DNA from: an uncultured Myxococcales bacterium
GTDB lineage: Bacteria > Myxococcota > UBA4151
Reading direction: 5' to 3'
DNA: 64,000 bases
Assembly (NCBI GenBank): GCA_964013405.1
Contig: CAXGWI010000004.1
Coordinates: 14,101 to 78,100, forward strand
Position 1 is the stretch's first letter, and the number at the start of each line of letters is the position of its first letter. The position numbers and the translations under genes are program-made. Below the pieces are notes generated by a model. That model did not search any database. It was not told the DNA's origin and saw only the letters and a program-made list of their open reading frames with translations. Shown here one piece after another: positions 43,694-52,642 of the stretch.

Positions 43694-45051
43694 GAGAGGA
43701 CCTTGCCCGGATTGAAGAGGTTTTTGGGGTCGAGCGCCTTCTTGATGCGCCATTCCATGGCCATGCGCTCTGTCCCTAATTCCAAAGGCAGGACGTGGCG
43801 CTTCGCCAGGCCAACGCCATGCTCCCCGGTGATGGTGCCACCCATGTCCAAGGCTAACTCAAAGACAGCAAGGCTCAGTGCATCGACCGTTTCCCGTTGA
43901 TCCTCGTGGTCCCAAAGGAGGTTCACATGCAGGTTGCCATCGCCGGCGTGACCGTAGGTGGCCGCGGTGATCCCCCGTTGGTTCGCCAAGCGACGAATGG
44001 TGAGGATTGCGTCGGCAATCCGGCCTCGGGGCACCGCGATGTCTTCACTCAATTTGTACTTGGCTTGGGCCCGCAGCGCCCGGCTCAGCTGTCGCCGGGG
44101 CCCCCAGATCCGTTCTCGCTCCGCGGGCGAACTGGCCACCAGCGTGTCGAAGGCGCCGGCGACCGTGGCAAAGCGTTCAAGAGCGGCCATGGCGAGATCC
44201 TCGTCGCCATCGGCCTCAAGGATCAAAGCCGCGCCTGCCGTCGGGGGTAGCGGGCTCGCATCCGAGGCTCGCAAGCAATCGCATGAGCACTCATCGAGGA
44301 GCTCCAGAGTCCGAGGGAGTTCGCCGGTGCCAAAGATCGCCTGGATGCCCTCCGCAGCCGCAGCCGTGGACTCAAAGAGCAGCAGCGCCGTGGCGACGAA
44401 GGGCGGGCGGGGGATCAGGCGCATTCGGACGTCTGTGATGAAGCCGTGCAAGCCTTCGCTGCCAAGCAGCAGTCCGTGGAGATTGCTGCCGGCCACGCAT
44501 TTAAGGGGCCGGCCGCCCAGTTCGACGAGTTCGCCCGTGGGTAGAACGCAACTGAGCCCCAGTAGATAGTGACCCGTGAGGCCATATTTGACCGCCCGAG
44601 GGCCACCGGCATTCGTGGCGACGTTACCCCCAATCGTGCTGTATTCGAGACTGTTGGGATCCGGTGGGTAGAAGAGGCCAAAGGGTTGGGCTGCTTGGTC
44701 GAGTTCACCAGCGACACAGCCAGCCCCCACATCCACAAAGAGATGATCCTGGGCGATCTGGGGGGGGCTGTTGAGGCCTTCGCTAGAAAGGACGACCTCG
44801 CCGGTGCTTGCGATGCAGCCGCCGGCTTTGCCACTGCCCGCCCCACGGGGAACCATCGGAACCCCTTGTTCGTAGAGAAAGCGAATCGCCGCTGCTGCTC
44901 GTTCCCGGTGGTCGGGTCGAATGACCAGCCTGGGCGTGCCTGCCGCAAGGCCGCTCTCATCGCCACCGTGGTCTTGGCGTTGTGCCATTGCATCGAAAAC
45001 TGCCGCCTCCCCAAGGAGTCGCTGCAGGTCCTTTGCTAAGGGATCGCTCAT
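43690..45051 (-). CDS. FAD-linked oxidase (GlcD / D-lactate dehydrogenase-like)
   Basis: PRGAGSG, YPPDP.S...STIGGNVATNAGG, GSEG, GHAGDGNLH, GEHGVG and DP.NLFNPGK. Confidence 0.9.
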   Translation of the reverse strand: MSDPLAKDLQRLLGEAAVFDAMAQRQDHGGDESGLAAGTPRLVIRPDHRERAAAAIRFLYEQGVPMVPRGAGSGKAGGCIASTGEVVLSSEGLNSPPQIAQDHLFVDVGAGCVAGELDQAAQPFGLFYPPDPNSLEYSTIGGNVATNAGGPRAVKYGLTGHYLLGLSCVLPTGELVELGGRPLKCVAGSNLHGLLLGSEGLHGFITDVRMRLIPRPPFVATALLLFESTAAAAEGIQAIFGTGELPRTLELLDECSCDCLRASDASPLPPTAGAALILEADGDEDLAMAALERFATVAGAFDTLVASSPAERERIWGPRRQLSRALRAQAKYKLSEDIAVPRGRIADAILTIRRLANQRGITAATYGHAGDGNLHVNLLWDHEDQRETVDALSLAVFELALDMGGTITGEHGVGLAKRHVLPLELGTERMAMEWRIKKALDPKNLFNPGKVLS

Positions 45052-45677
45052 GGGAGACCAGAGGCGCCGTCTTTGAGGACGCGGGCTGTAACTTCTGCCC
45101 GAATCTGACCCTGATCGATTCGCGGCTCGCCCAAACGAAGGGGGTAAATCCTCCCTGAGCCGCCGCTTTGTTTCGCCAACTGGCTCAGGCCGGCTTCGAG
45201 CAGGGATCGGGCACTAATCAGCGCACCACCTCGCCAGGGCAAGGATGCTGTGACCAAGGCCGCCGCACCACCGACCTCCTCCCGCTCGGCGGCAGAGACG
45301 ACCGTTTTGATGCCGTTGAAGCCGAGGCCTGGTTTCGGTTTGGAGGGGGCGATCTCTGCCGCCGGCAATGGCTTGAGGAGAACACGGCCATCGCCGGTAA
45401 CGGCGAAGGTATATCCAGCCTTGGTTTGGGCCAGTAGTTCGCGCAACTGCTTCTCGGCTTCGGCTTGTTTGGGATGCCAGGCGCGAACCACGAGATGTAG
45501 GGGTTTCGCAGCGGCCATCGGCTGCGACGTCTGAGGGCCCGAGACCGGGGTCTCTATCGGCGTGACACCTTTCTTTAAACCTGGCGCCTTTTTTGTATCC
45601 CGTTTGACGGTCTTATCGCCTTGGCAGGAGCACCCACCGAGACAGAGTAGGCCGACCAGGGCCAGACCTTTTGACAT
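45048..45677 (-). CDS. Hypothetical lipoprotein
   Basis: LVGLLCLGG-C signal; coupled to the FAD oxidase (ATGA). Confidence 0.6.
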   Translation of the reverse strand: MSKGLALVGLLCLGGCSCQGDKTVKRDTKKAPGLKKGVTPIETPVSGPQTSQPMAAAKPLHLVVRAWHPKQAEAEKQLRELLAQTKAGYTFAVTGDGRVLLKPLPAAEIAPSKPKPGLGFNGIKTVVSAAEREEVGGAAALVTASLPWRGGALISARSLLEAGLSQLAKQSGGSGRIYPLRLGEPRIDQGQIRAEVTARVLKDGASGLP

Positions 45678-45689
45678 GGGTAGAACCCT

Positions 45690-46775
45690 TTACTTGTCGC
45701 CCGGAGGCTCGGGTGCTGGTGCCGGTGCCGGTGCCGGTGCGGGCTCAGGCGCTGGTGCCGGTGCGGGCGCTGGTGCTGGTGCCGGTGCGGGTTCGGGTGC
45801 CGGTGCTGGTGCTGGTGCTGGTGCTGGTGCTGGCTTTGCGGCTGGAACCTGCTTGGCCGGTGCCGCCTTGGGGGCCACTTGCTTGAAGCGCTCAAAGCGA
45901 CTTGAGCGACTGCTCTTCGCCCGGCTCTTTCGAACGACCGGAAATTGCCACCAGAGACTCGCCTGAGGCAGGAACTTGTAGAACTGATTGCTGTCACTGC
46001 CTGCACAATTGCTGCCGGTCGGTGCATTGTAGCTGAGGTCTACCCAGCAGGGGTTGTAGAGCAAGGCCAGTCCGATGCGAGTGGTTCGGCCGATCCCGCG
46101 CAGGTACTCTAGTTTCCCTGCGTAGATGGCCGTGGAGACCACCTCATTCCCCTCGACGGTACTACCGCCTATGGCGGGCTGGATATGGGCGCTGAACGCC
46201 AGCGCCGAATATTGGTCGACAACATACAGCCAGTCGATGTCGAAGAAGGGCTGATTGATCCCGAAGGTGCTCAAGTCCTGGGCTTGGGCCCGAGAGTAAT
46301 CCTTTAAGCCCTCGAGGACGGTTCGATATCCGGGTGCGATGGTGATGAACCGACCTTTGCCGTAGCGAAGGGAGACCGGCAGGCTCGCGCCAACGATGGT
46401 TTTGTCGCCGGTGGGAAAGCCAAATTCCGAGGTATCCGGGATGATGTAGGTGAACTCCGGGCGGAAACTGACGATGACGTTCGAACTCTTCGTGAGCAGC
46501 AGTTTGGCCCGAAGGTTGGGTAGAGGCGTGTCACCAATGCCGAAGGCCGGTGCGATGTTGAGCAGGATGGAACTCTCAAAGCTGATGCTATCGGTCAGTC
46601 CGAAGGCGGTGTTTCGGTGGAGCACCTGCGGGCCATTGCCGAGCACGACGGGAAAGATGATCTCGTCCTTCGGTAGGGTGTTCGCAGAGTTGTAGAAGAA
46701 GGGTTCATCCTCGCTAAAGACAGCGGGCGTGACAGCGAGCGCAAAGCTTGCGGCGAAAAGACTGGCGATAGGCAT
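45690..46775 (-). CDS. Probable outer-membrane beta-barrel-like protein with a basic then Pro-Ala C-terminal tail
   Basis: Signal peptide, alternating amphipathic strands ending LPQASLWWQF, then a (PA)n tail. Confidence 0.55.
   Translation of the reverse strand: MPIASLFAASFALAVTPAVFSEDEPFFYNSANTLPKDEIIFPVVLGNGPQVLHRNTAFGLTDSISFESSILLNIAPAFGIGDTPLPNLRAKLLLTKSSNVIVSFRPEFTYIIPDTSEFGFPTGDKTIVGASLPVSLRYGKGRFITIAPGYRTVLEGLKDYSRAQAQDLSTFGINQPFFDIDWLYVVDQYSALAFSAHIQPAIGGSTVEGNEVVSTAIYAGKLEYLRGIGRTTRIGLALLYNPCWVDLSYNAPTGSNCAGSDSNQFYKFLPQASLWWQFPVVRKSRAKSSRSSRFERFKQVAPKAAPAKQVPAAKPAPAPAPAPAPAPEPAPAPAPAPAPAPAPEPAPAPAPAPAPEPPGDK
45711..45833. repeat. Hexanucleotide tandem repeat encoding Pro-Ala
   Basis: GGTGCN-type units; perfect (GGTGCT)x5 at 45802-45831. 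Confidence 0.85.
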
Positions 46776-46847
46776 ATGTGGCTCCCCGCTTTCAGCTTTA
46801 AGCTAAAAGGGGGCCCGCCGACAAACGGTCTCCGTGCCAAAAACGAA

Positions 46848-46871
46848 GAAAAGAGCCGATCGGCTCTTTTC
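46848..46871 (-). terminator. Probable terminator of rplM-rpsI (24-bp perfect palindrome)
   Basis: GAAAAGAGCCGATCGGCTCTTTTC, followed on the minus strand by TTCGTTTTT, 25 bp after the rpsI stop. Confidence 0.7.
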
Positions 46872-46896
46872 GACGAAGCGGTTCGCTCTGAACTGC

Positions 46897-47286
46897 TTAG
46901 CGCTTGCTGAACTGGTAGCGCTTACGGGCACCGGGCTGGCCGTACTTCTTACGCTCCACCATCCGGCTGTCCCGAGTGAGCAGGCCAGCGGACTTCAACG
47001 AGCTGCGATACGTCTCCGTATCGAGGCTGTTCAGGGCCCGGGCGATGCCATGGCGCAAGGCACCGGCTTGGCCCGACTTGCCGCCACCATCACAGCGGGC
47101 AGCGATGTCGAATTGACCAACGGTTTCAGTCAGTTCAAGAGGCTGCATCGCGATCATGACGCTCACGTCCCGATCGAAGTAGCTGTCAATGGCTTGCCCG
47201 TTGACGGTGATCTGTCCCTTGCCTTTCGACAGGATGACTCGAGCCGTGGCGTTCTTACGCCGCCCCACAGCGGTAACTTTACTCAT
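46897..47286 (-). CDS. rpsI: 30S ribosomal protein S9
   Basis: [27 protein letters not shown] and [14 protein letters not shown]...[10 protein letters not shown]. Confidence 0.98.
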   Translation of the reverse strand: MSKVTAVGRRKNATARVILSKGKGQITVNGQAIDSYFDRDVSVMIAMQPLELTETVGQFDIAARCDGGGKSGQAGALRHGIARALNSLDTETYRSSLKSAGLLTRDSRMVERKKYGQPGARKRYQFSKR

Positions 47287-47288
47287 GA

Positions 47289-47717
47289 TCAAATCTCCAG
47301 CGCCTGAGGCTGCTGGGCCTCATGGTTGTGTTCGCTGCCAGCGAAGACATGCAGCTTGCGAAGTTGCGCTCGCCCGAGACGAGTCTTGGGGAGCATCCCC
47401 TTCACGGCGTTCGTGATGAGAAAGGCCGGATCTTCCGCCCGCTTTTCTGCCACCGTGCGGCTGCGCAGGTGACCCACGTAGCCCGTATGCCAGTGATAGG
47501 TCTTGTCGGTCTCTTTGTTGCCCGTCACAGCGACCTTCTCAGCATTGATCACGATCACGTGATCACCGCAGTCGACATGGGGGCTGAAACTGGGCTTGTT
47601 TTTGCCCCGCAATACGGTGGCAATCTGGGTTGCAGCACGGCCGAGTACCTTGTTTTCAAGGTCGACGACCCACCAGTTGGTCTCAACCTGCTCGGCGTTC
47701 AAGCTCACGGTCTTCAT
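47289..47717 (-). CDS. rplM: 50S ribosomal protein L13
   Basis: W.VVD....[29 protein letters not shown] and H.H.AQQP. Confidence 0.98.
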   Translation of the reverse strand: MKTVSLNAEQVETNWWVVDLENKVLGRAATQIATVLRGKNKPSFSPHVDCGDHVIVINAEKVAVTGNKETDKTYHWHTGYVGHLRSRTVAEKRAEDPAFLITNAVKGMLPKTRLGRAQLRKLHVFAGSEHNHEAQQPQALEI

Positions 47718-47822
47718 GGCGCTTCCTCTCCCCCTCTGGGGGGCGTCCTGTTTGCAAAGGGGCGCAGCAGCGTCAAGGAAAACCGCCCGCTGTCTGCCTT
47801 TTGAGCGGCCACCTGGCCGGCC

Positions 47823-48674
47823 TTAATCCCAGGGGCAACCCGGCCAGCGAGCATCGCTCGGTACGCCGCTGAGGGCCTCCTCGCCAGGAAAATAAACCCG
47901 CTGAAGCGTGAGGCCCTGGGCCGGCGCTGTTCGCCCGGCAGCCTGCCGATCTTTGGCTTCGAGGATGCCCGGAATGCTAGCAGCCTCCCGCTTGCCCAGG
48001 CCAACTTCGACCAGGGTACCGACCATGATCCGGACCTGATGCTGGCAAAAGGCGTTTCCCGTCACAGTGAAGCTCGCCAATGCGCATCGCTCATCGGGGT
48101 GAGCCAGAATAGCCGCAGTCTCTTCCGGGCGAAAATCCAGTTGCCAAATACAGCGCCGGGCGTGCCGAGCCTGGCAGTGAGCGGACCGAAAGCTGTCATA
48201 ATCTTGCTCGCCCCGGAGGTGAGCCGCCGCCGCTTCGATCGCTGTCTGGGACAGGGCGCCCCGACCTTGAATCCACCACACTCGGTCATGAAGCACCGGG
48301 GGGAGGTAGGGACCTCGCCAGACCTGGTAACGGTAACTTTTCGCAAAGCTGCCAGACTTGGGATCCCAATCCGGACCAACCTCCCGGCATTGGAGAACGG
48401 CAATCCCCTCGCAGAGGCGCGCGTTGAGGGCCTTGGCCAGGGTGTCAGCGCTGTGTTCACACGGGCCGGCCAGGAGGACCCGTTGGTCACGGGCATGAAC
48501 GCCCGCATCGGTCCGCCCCGCGGCCCGACAGCGAAAGGGCCCCTGAAAGAGGGGGGCAGCGGCCTTCCGGAGGCTCCCCTCGACGGTCGGTTGACCCTCC
48601 TGAAACTGCCAGCCTCTGAAGCCGGGCCCATGATAGGCGAGCACCAGAGCGAAATGAACATTGCGCCGATCCAC
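47823..48674 (-). CDS. truA: tRNA pseudouridine(38-40) synthase
   Basis: AY.G..F.GWQ.Q, AGRTDAGVHA, GNAFC.HQVRIMVG and TAPAQGLTL. Confidence 0.94.
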   Translation of the reverse strand: MDRRNVHFALVLAYHGPGFRGWQFQEGQPTVEGSLRKAAAPLFQGPFRCRAAGRTDAGVHARDQRVLLAGPCEHSADTLAKALNARLCEGIAVLQCREVGPDWDPKSGSFAKSYRYQVWRGPYLPPVLHDRVWWIQGRGALSQTAIEAAAAHLRGEQDYDSFRSAHCQARHARRCIWQLDFRPEETAAILAHPDERCALASFTVTGNAFCQHQVRIMVGTLVEVGLGKREAASIPGILEAKDRQAAGRTAPAQGLTLQRVYFPGEEALSGVPSDARWPGCPWD

Positions 48675-48728
48675 GGCTCTCCCTAAGCTGCGGGCACTTC
48701 AATAGACCTCACGGGAGGTTCTCGCCAG

Positions 48729-49136
48729 ATGCGATTCCTCGTCTTTAGTGCTCTTTTTTGCGGTTGCGGTGGCAGCCTTGGCACCGGTGATTACGCGACT
48801 CCGATCGCTGATCCGGGCTTTGATCGTGTGGTTCCCGTGGGCGAGGCAACCACCATCGATGGGATCCGATCTTGCGACCCCGAGGGTGGCAGCCTGACGT
48901 TTAAGTGGTCCTTGCTGTCGAAACCGGAGGGCTCCGAGACCACGGTGACCGAAGGGGGCGTTCAGTTGGTGATGACACCGGACACGGCGGGAGATTACCT
49001 GCTCGAGTTGGTGGTCAGCAACGGTGAACGGTCCAGTCACCCCGCCTACGCTCTGGTGAGCGCGACGACGCAGAGTAACTCTTGGACCACGGGGGGCGGA
49101 CCCGGGACAACCGATCGTTGCGGTAACGCTTTTTAG
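48729..49136 (+). CDS. Small lipoprotein with a PKD/Ig-like domain
   Basis: LFCG-C signal; PIADPG.D, IDG..S.DPEG..LTFKWSL..KPEGS and PD.AG.Y...LVVSNG. Confidence 0.75.
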   Translation: MRFLVFSALFCGCGGSLGTGDYATPIADPGFDRVVPVGEATTIDGIRSCDPEGGSLTFKWSLLSKPEGSETTVTEGGVQLVMTPDTAGDYLLELVVSNGERSSHPAYALVSATTQSNSWTTGGGPGTTDRCGNAF

Positions 49137-49139
49137 CCC

Positions 49140-50195
49140 ATGAACGATGGACTCCGAGTCGCTGTCGTCGGAGCCACGGGAGCGGTTGGGCGGGAGATGC
49201 TGCAGGTCCTTTCGGATCGCAATTTCCCGATTGGCCGTATCGAGGCTTTCGCCAGTCCCGATAGCGTGGGCAAGATGCTGGACTTTAGGGACCAGACCCT
49301 ACGTGTTCAGTCCCTGGAGTCCCTAAGCGATCCCGGGCAATTTGATGTGGCCCTTTTTTCCTGCGGGTCGGAACGCAGCCTCACTTGGGCGCCTCGCTTC
49401 GCCCGGTCCGGCTGCATCGTGATCGACAACTCCAGCGCTTGGCGGGGCCACGAACAGGTCCCCCTTGTGGTTCCCGAGGTGAACGGTGACGCACTAGAAC
49501 AAGCGTCTCTTGGGGTTGTTGCCGTGCCGAACTGTTCGACCATCGGCCTGGTCCAGGCACTGGCACCGCTCCATGCCCACCGGCCTCTGCGCCGGGTCGT
49601 CGTGACCACATTTCAGAGCGTCAGCGGTTCCGGGCGAAAGGGCATCGAGGAGCTCGACCGGCAAACCCGCCAACTGTTCAATGCGCAGGGGGTGGAGTCC
49701 GACGTCTTTCATAAGCGTATCGCGTTCAATATCTTGCCGCTCATCGGTGAACCCGAAGACGATGGTTTCACTGCTGAAGAGCGCAAACTGATGACGGAGA
49801 CCCTCAAGATTCTCGGTGACGATGAGATCCGCGTGGTCGCGACCGCGACGCGAGTCCCCGTGTTTGTTGGACATGGGCTCAGTGTGGTGGTGGAGCCCTC
49901 GGAGCCCATCGGTGTCGAGGAGGCCCAGGAGCTGATCGCTGCCCACCCAGGGGTCTTACTGACAGACGTTGAGGCACCGATGAACGCGCCGACGCCCGAG
50001 GATATCGCCGGTGAAGACTTTACCTTGGTGGGCCGCCTGCGGCGGGATCCCAGCACGGCCACGGGACTGGCGCTCTGGGTTGTCTCCGACAACCTTCGCA
50101 AGGGCGCCGCATTGAATGCGGTGCAGATCGCGGAAGCCATGATTCAGCGCGGTCTTCTTGCGCCTCGGCGCGAGGGCCGGCAAGAATCCCCATGA
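49140..50195 (+). CDS. asd: Aspartate-semialdehyde dehydrogenase
   Basis: VAVVGATGAVG, IDNSSAWR, PLVVPEVN, PNCST, QSVSGSG, RVPVFVGH and DNLRKGAALNAVQIAE. Confidence 0.95.
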   Translation: MNDGLRVAVVGATGAVGREMLQVLSDRNFPIGRIEAFASPDSVGKMLDFRDQTLRVQSLESLSDPGQFDVALFSCGSERSLTWAPRFARSGCIVIDNSSAWRGHEQVPLVVPEVNGDALEQASLGVVAVPNCSTIGLVQALAPLHAHRPLRRVVVTTFQSVSGSGRKGIEELDRQTRQLFNAQGVESDVFHKRIAFNILPLIGEPEDDGFTAEERKLMTETLKILGDDEIRVVATATRVPVFVGHGLSVVVEPSEPIGVEEAQELIAAHPGVLLTDVEAPMNAPTPEDIAGEDFTLVGRLRRDPSTATGLALWVVSDNLRKGAALNAVQIAEAMIQRGLLAPRREGRQESP

Positions 50196-50533
50196 AGGAG
50201 GACGAGGTGACTGCTGAAACGGACGAGTTGCGTAACCATCGCCGGGCAGCGATCCCCCTCCTGATCCAGTATCGATTTTCGCCCTTCGAAAACTATCGGA
50301 CCGACTATTCTGCCGATATTTCCGCTGGCGGCCTCTTCCTAAGTTCAGACGATGCGCCGGCTAATGTGGCGACCATTCTGCTGCGCTTCCTGCCCCGGGA
50401 CGGGAGCCGAGTGATTCATGCTCAAGGAGAGATCGTTCGGCGAAGTGAAGAGGGCTTAGCCGTTCGGTTTATCCACATCGACGAGCAAGACCAGTCCTAC
50501 GTGGACGCTCTCGTTTCCCACGAGTTGGATTAG
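50192..50533 (+). CDS. PilZ-domain protein (TIGR02266-like)
   Basis: RxxxR motif (RNHRR), DISAGGLFL and GEIVR...GLAVRF. Confidence 0.8.
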   Translation: MKEDEVTAETDELRNHRRAAIPLLIQYRFSPFENYRTDYSADISAGGLFLSSDDAPANVATILLRFLPRDGSRVIHAQGEIVRRSEEGLAVRFIHIDEQDQSYVDALVSHELD

Positions 50534-50535
50534 CC

Positions 50536-52578
50536 ATCCTTCGAGTCCCACGCGGTCACTTCCCCCTTCATTTTTCGCTCCTGATCTGTCTGTGCGGCTG
50601 CCCTGGCGCCGAGCCGGTTGCAGATGCCGGCTCCCCGGATGGCGGCCTCGCTCCTGTGGATGGTGGGGTGCAGGTGGATGGGGGGGCCGGGCCCTGTTCC
50701 ATCGACAGCGACTGCGTCGAGGGCATCTGCGAGGCAGCCCGCTGCGTCGAAGCCCAGTGCAGCGATCACGGAGCTTGTGACGGGGATGAGCGGTGTTTTG
50801 AGGGGCGGTGCGTCGATCGGGTGACAGCGATTTGGGGCTTTCGTTTGGAGCGTCGTTATCCCGATGGGCTCGCAGACCACCGTAGCGAGGCCTTGGGGAT
50901 GTCCATGGGCTATGGTTTTGGTGGTGCTCTGGTGGATGCGGATGGCGATGGCGACTTAGATGTTTATCTGACCAGCCGAATTCCCACGGCAGCCGGGGTC
51001 AGCCCACCTTGTCTTTATGAGAACCACAGCAGTCCTGGGAGCCTCTCGTTTCGCCCCCGGGCCGGCGCCTGTCAGGCCCTCGAACCGGAGGCGAGTATCC
51101 CCCTTTCTGCCCTGGCCTTCGATCTGCGTCAGGATGGCAGCCATGAGTTGATGGTGTTGGGCACCGGCTTGAGTCTCTCCTTGCAGGATGGGGAGCGGGT
51201 CCACCGACTCCACGACCTGCTCGCGCCGGACGATCCACGCCGAGCGTGCACTCCCGGTGCCGCATTGGCGACAGACCTGGACTTTGATGGCCTCCTCGAT
51301 CTCGCCGTGGGCTGTCAGGCGAACCTGAGTATCGGTTCCCCGACAAGTCCGGCCATGAAGAACCTGTTCTTTCGCCAGACGGCCGATGGTTTTGCTTTGA
51401 TGGGCGACTTTGCTCAGGAGCCGATGGCCGACGGCGGCAGTACATTAGGGCTCGCAGAACGGGATTTGAACGATGACGGTTTGCCGGATCTGCTTGTGAT
51501 TAACGACACCGGGACATTGCATGGCTCCCGAAACCAAAACCTGCCGGGCTACGTCCTCTATCGCTGCGATCCGCGGCAAGACTGTCTCTATACCCGTACG
51601 TATTTCGCCGCAGGTGATGATGCCTGGGGCTCCCTGATGGGGGTGGGGAGCTTGCAGCTTGAGGGCCGCGGCGAGCACTTGGTGATGACCGATCAGGGCT
51701 CGAAGCGCCTCATCGATATGTCCCAGTCCCCGCCGGTGGATCGGGCCTCAGACTATGGCATCGCTCTGCCCCGTTCCGGAGCCCATATTCTTTACTCCTG
51801 GGGGGTCGTTGTCGACGACTTCGATCGAGATGGCCTCGATGATGTGCTCATCTCCCAAGGGGCGGTTCCTGAGGCAGTGGCCGGTTCGTGGACCGCTCAT
51901 TACGATGCCTTGATGTTACAACGCCGAGCGAGCGACTTTGTGGTGTTGAGCGAAGAGATCGGCCTTTCTGCCCATGATGGCCTCGACGCGGCCGACCAAG
52001 ACAGCGTTTACGCCCCGAGGGCCATGTTGAAGGCGGATCTCGATCGCGATGGCTACCTCGATCTTGTGCAGCTCGCCCTCGGAGGGGTGCCCCGGATCTA
52101 CGCAGAAGTGCCCCTGGCCGATGGCCGCCCGCCCCGGTGTACGTTGATTCCAAAGCCCCGTGTGATTCCAGCCTTTGGCGCTGGGGTCGGCCTCGCCGAA
52201 GGGGAGAGCGAGACCTTCCACTACCGGGAGATTCAAGGACAACTCCGGGCTGGGATGAGTCCATGGCTGATCTCCGCCTTTGGGCAGGGGCGTATTCGCT
52301 TTCCCAGCGGTTTTGTCGTGCCCTTCGACTGCGAGGGAGGCGTTGGGCCCGTGGTGGTCGAAGAGCCCGATTGGCTTGGTATCGAACGCTCGGCTGATGG
52401 ACTCCTCATTACGGCTAGGGAGCAGACCGGCCCCCTGGAGGTCTTGTTCGAAGGGGAAGATACCCTGCGAAGCGTAGCCCAGGAGGGGCCGGGCCGATGG
52501 CGTCTCGCCGAAGACCCTGGCCTCAGGCGAGTGATGCTGCGCTGGTCGGAGCGATGGTTGCCACGCTGGTTTGACTGA
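50536..52578 (+). CDS. Cys-rich / FG-GAP propeller lipoprotein, RWF-tail family member 7 (no canonical start before its lipobox)
   Basis: The frame upstream of ORF-track GTG 50656 reads ILRVPRGHFPLHFSLLICLCG-CPGAEPVADAG. Family motifs present; C-terminal RWLPRWFD. The start coordinate is tentative. Confidence 0.72.
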   Translation: MLRVPRGHFPLHFSLLICLCGCPGAEPVADAGSPDGGLAPVDGGVQVDGGAGPCSIDSDCVEGICEAARCVEAQCSDHGACDGDERCFEGRCVDRVTAIWGFRLERRYPDGLADHRSEALGMSMGYGFGGALVDADGDGDLDVYLTSRIPTAAGVSPPCLYENHSSPGSLSFRPRAGACQALEPEASIPLSALAFDLRQDGSHELMVLGTGLSLSLQDGERVHRLHDLLAPDDPRRACTPGAALATDLDFDGLLDLAVGCQANLSIGSPTSPAMKNLFFRQTADGFALMGDFAQEPMADGGSTLGLAERDLNDDGLPDLLVINDTGTLHGSRNQNLPGYVLYRCDPRQDCLYTRTYFAAGDDAWGSLMGVGSLQLEGRGEHLVMTDQGSKRLIDMSQSPPVDRASDYGIALPRSGAHILYSWGVVVDDFDRDGLDDVLISQGAVPEAVAGSWTAHYDALMLQRRASDFVVLSEEIGLSAHDGLDAADQDSVYAPRAMLKADLDRDGYLDLVQLALGGVPRIYAEVPLADGRPPRCTLIPKPRVIPAFGAGVGLAEGESETFHYREIQGQLRAGMSPWLISAFGQGRIRFPSGFVVPFDCEGGVGPVVVEEPDWLGIERSADGLLITAREQTGPLEVLFEGEDTLRSVAQEGPGRWRLAEDPGLRRVMLRWSERWLPRWFD

Positions 52579-52642
52579 GGCTGGACGGAGTCCCCTCCGG
52601 GCTGGCACAATACCCTACGAGTATCTCAAAAACGGGTCCGGT

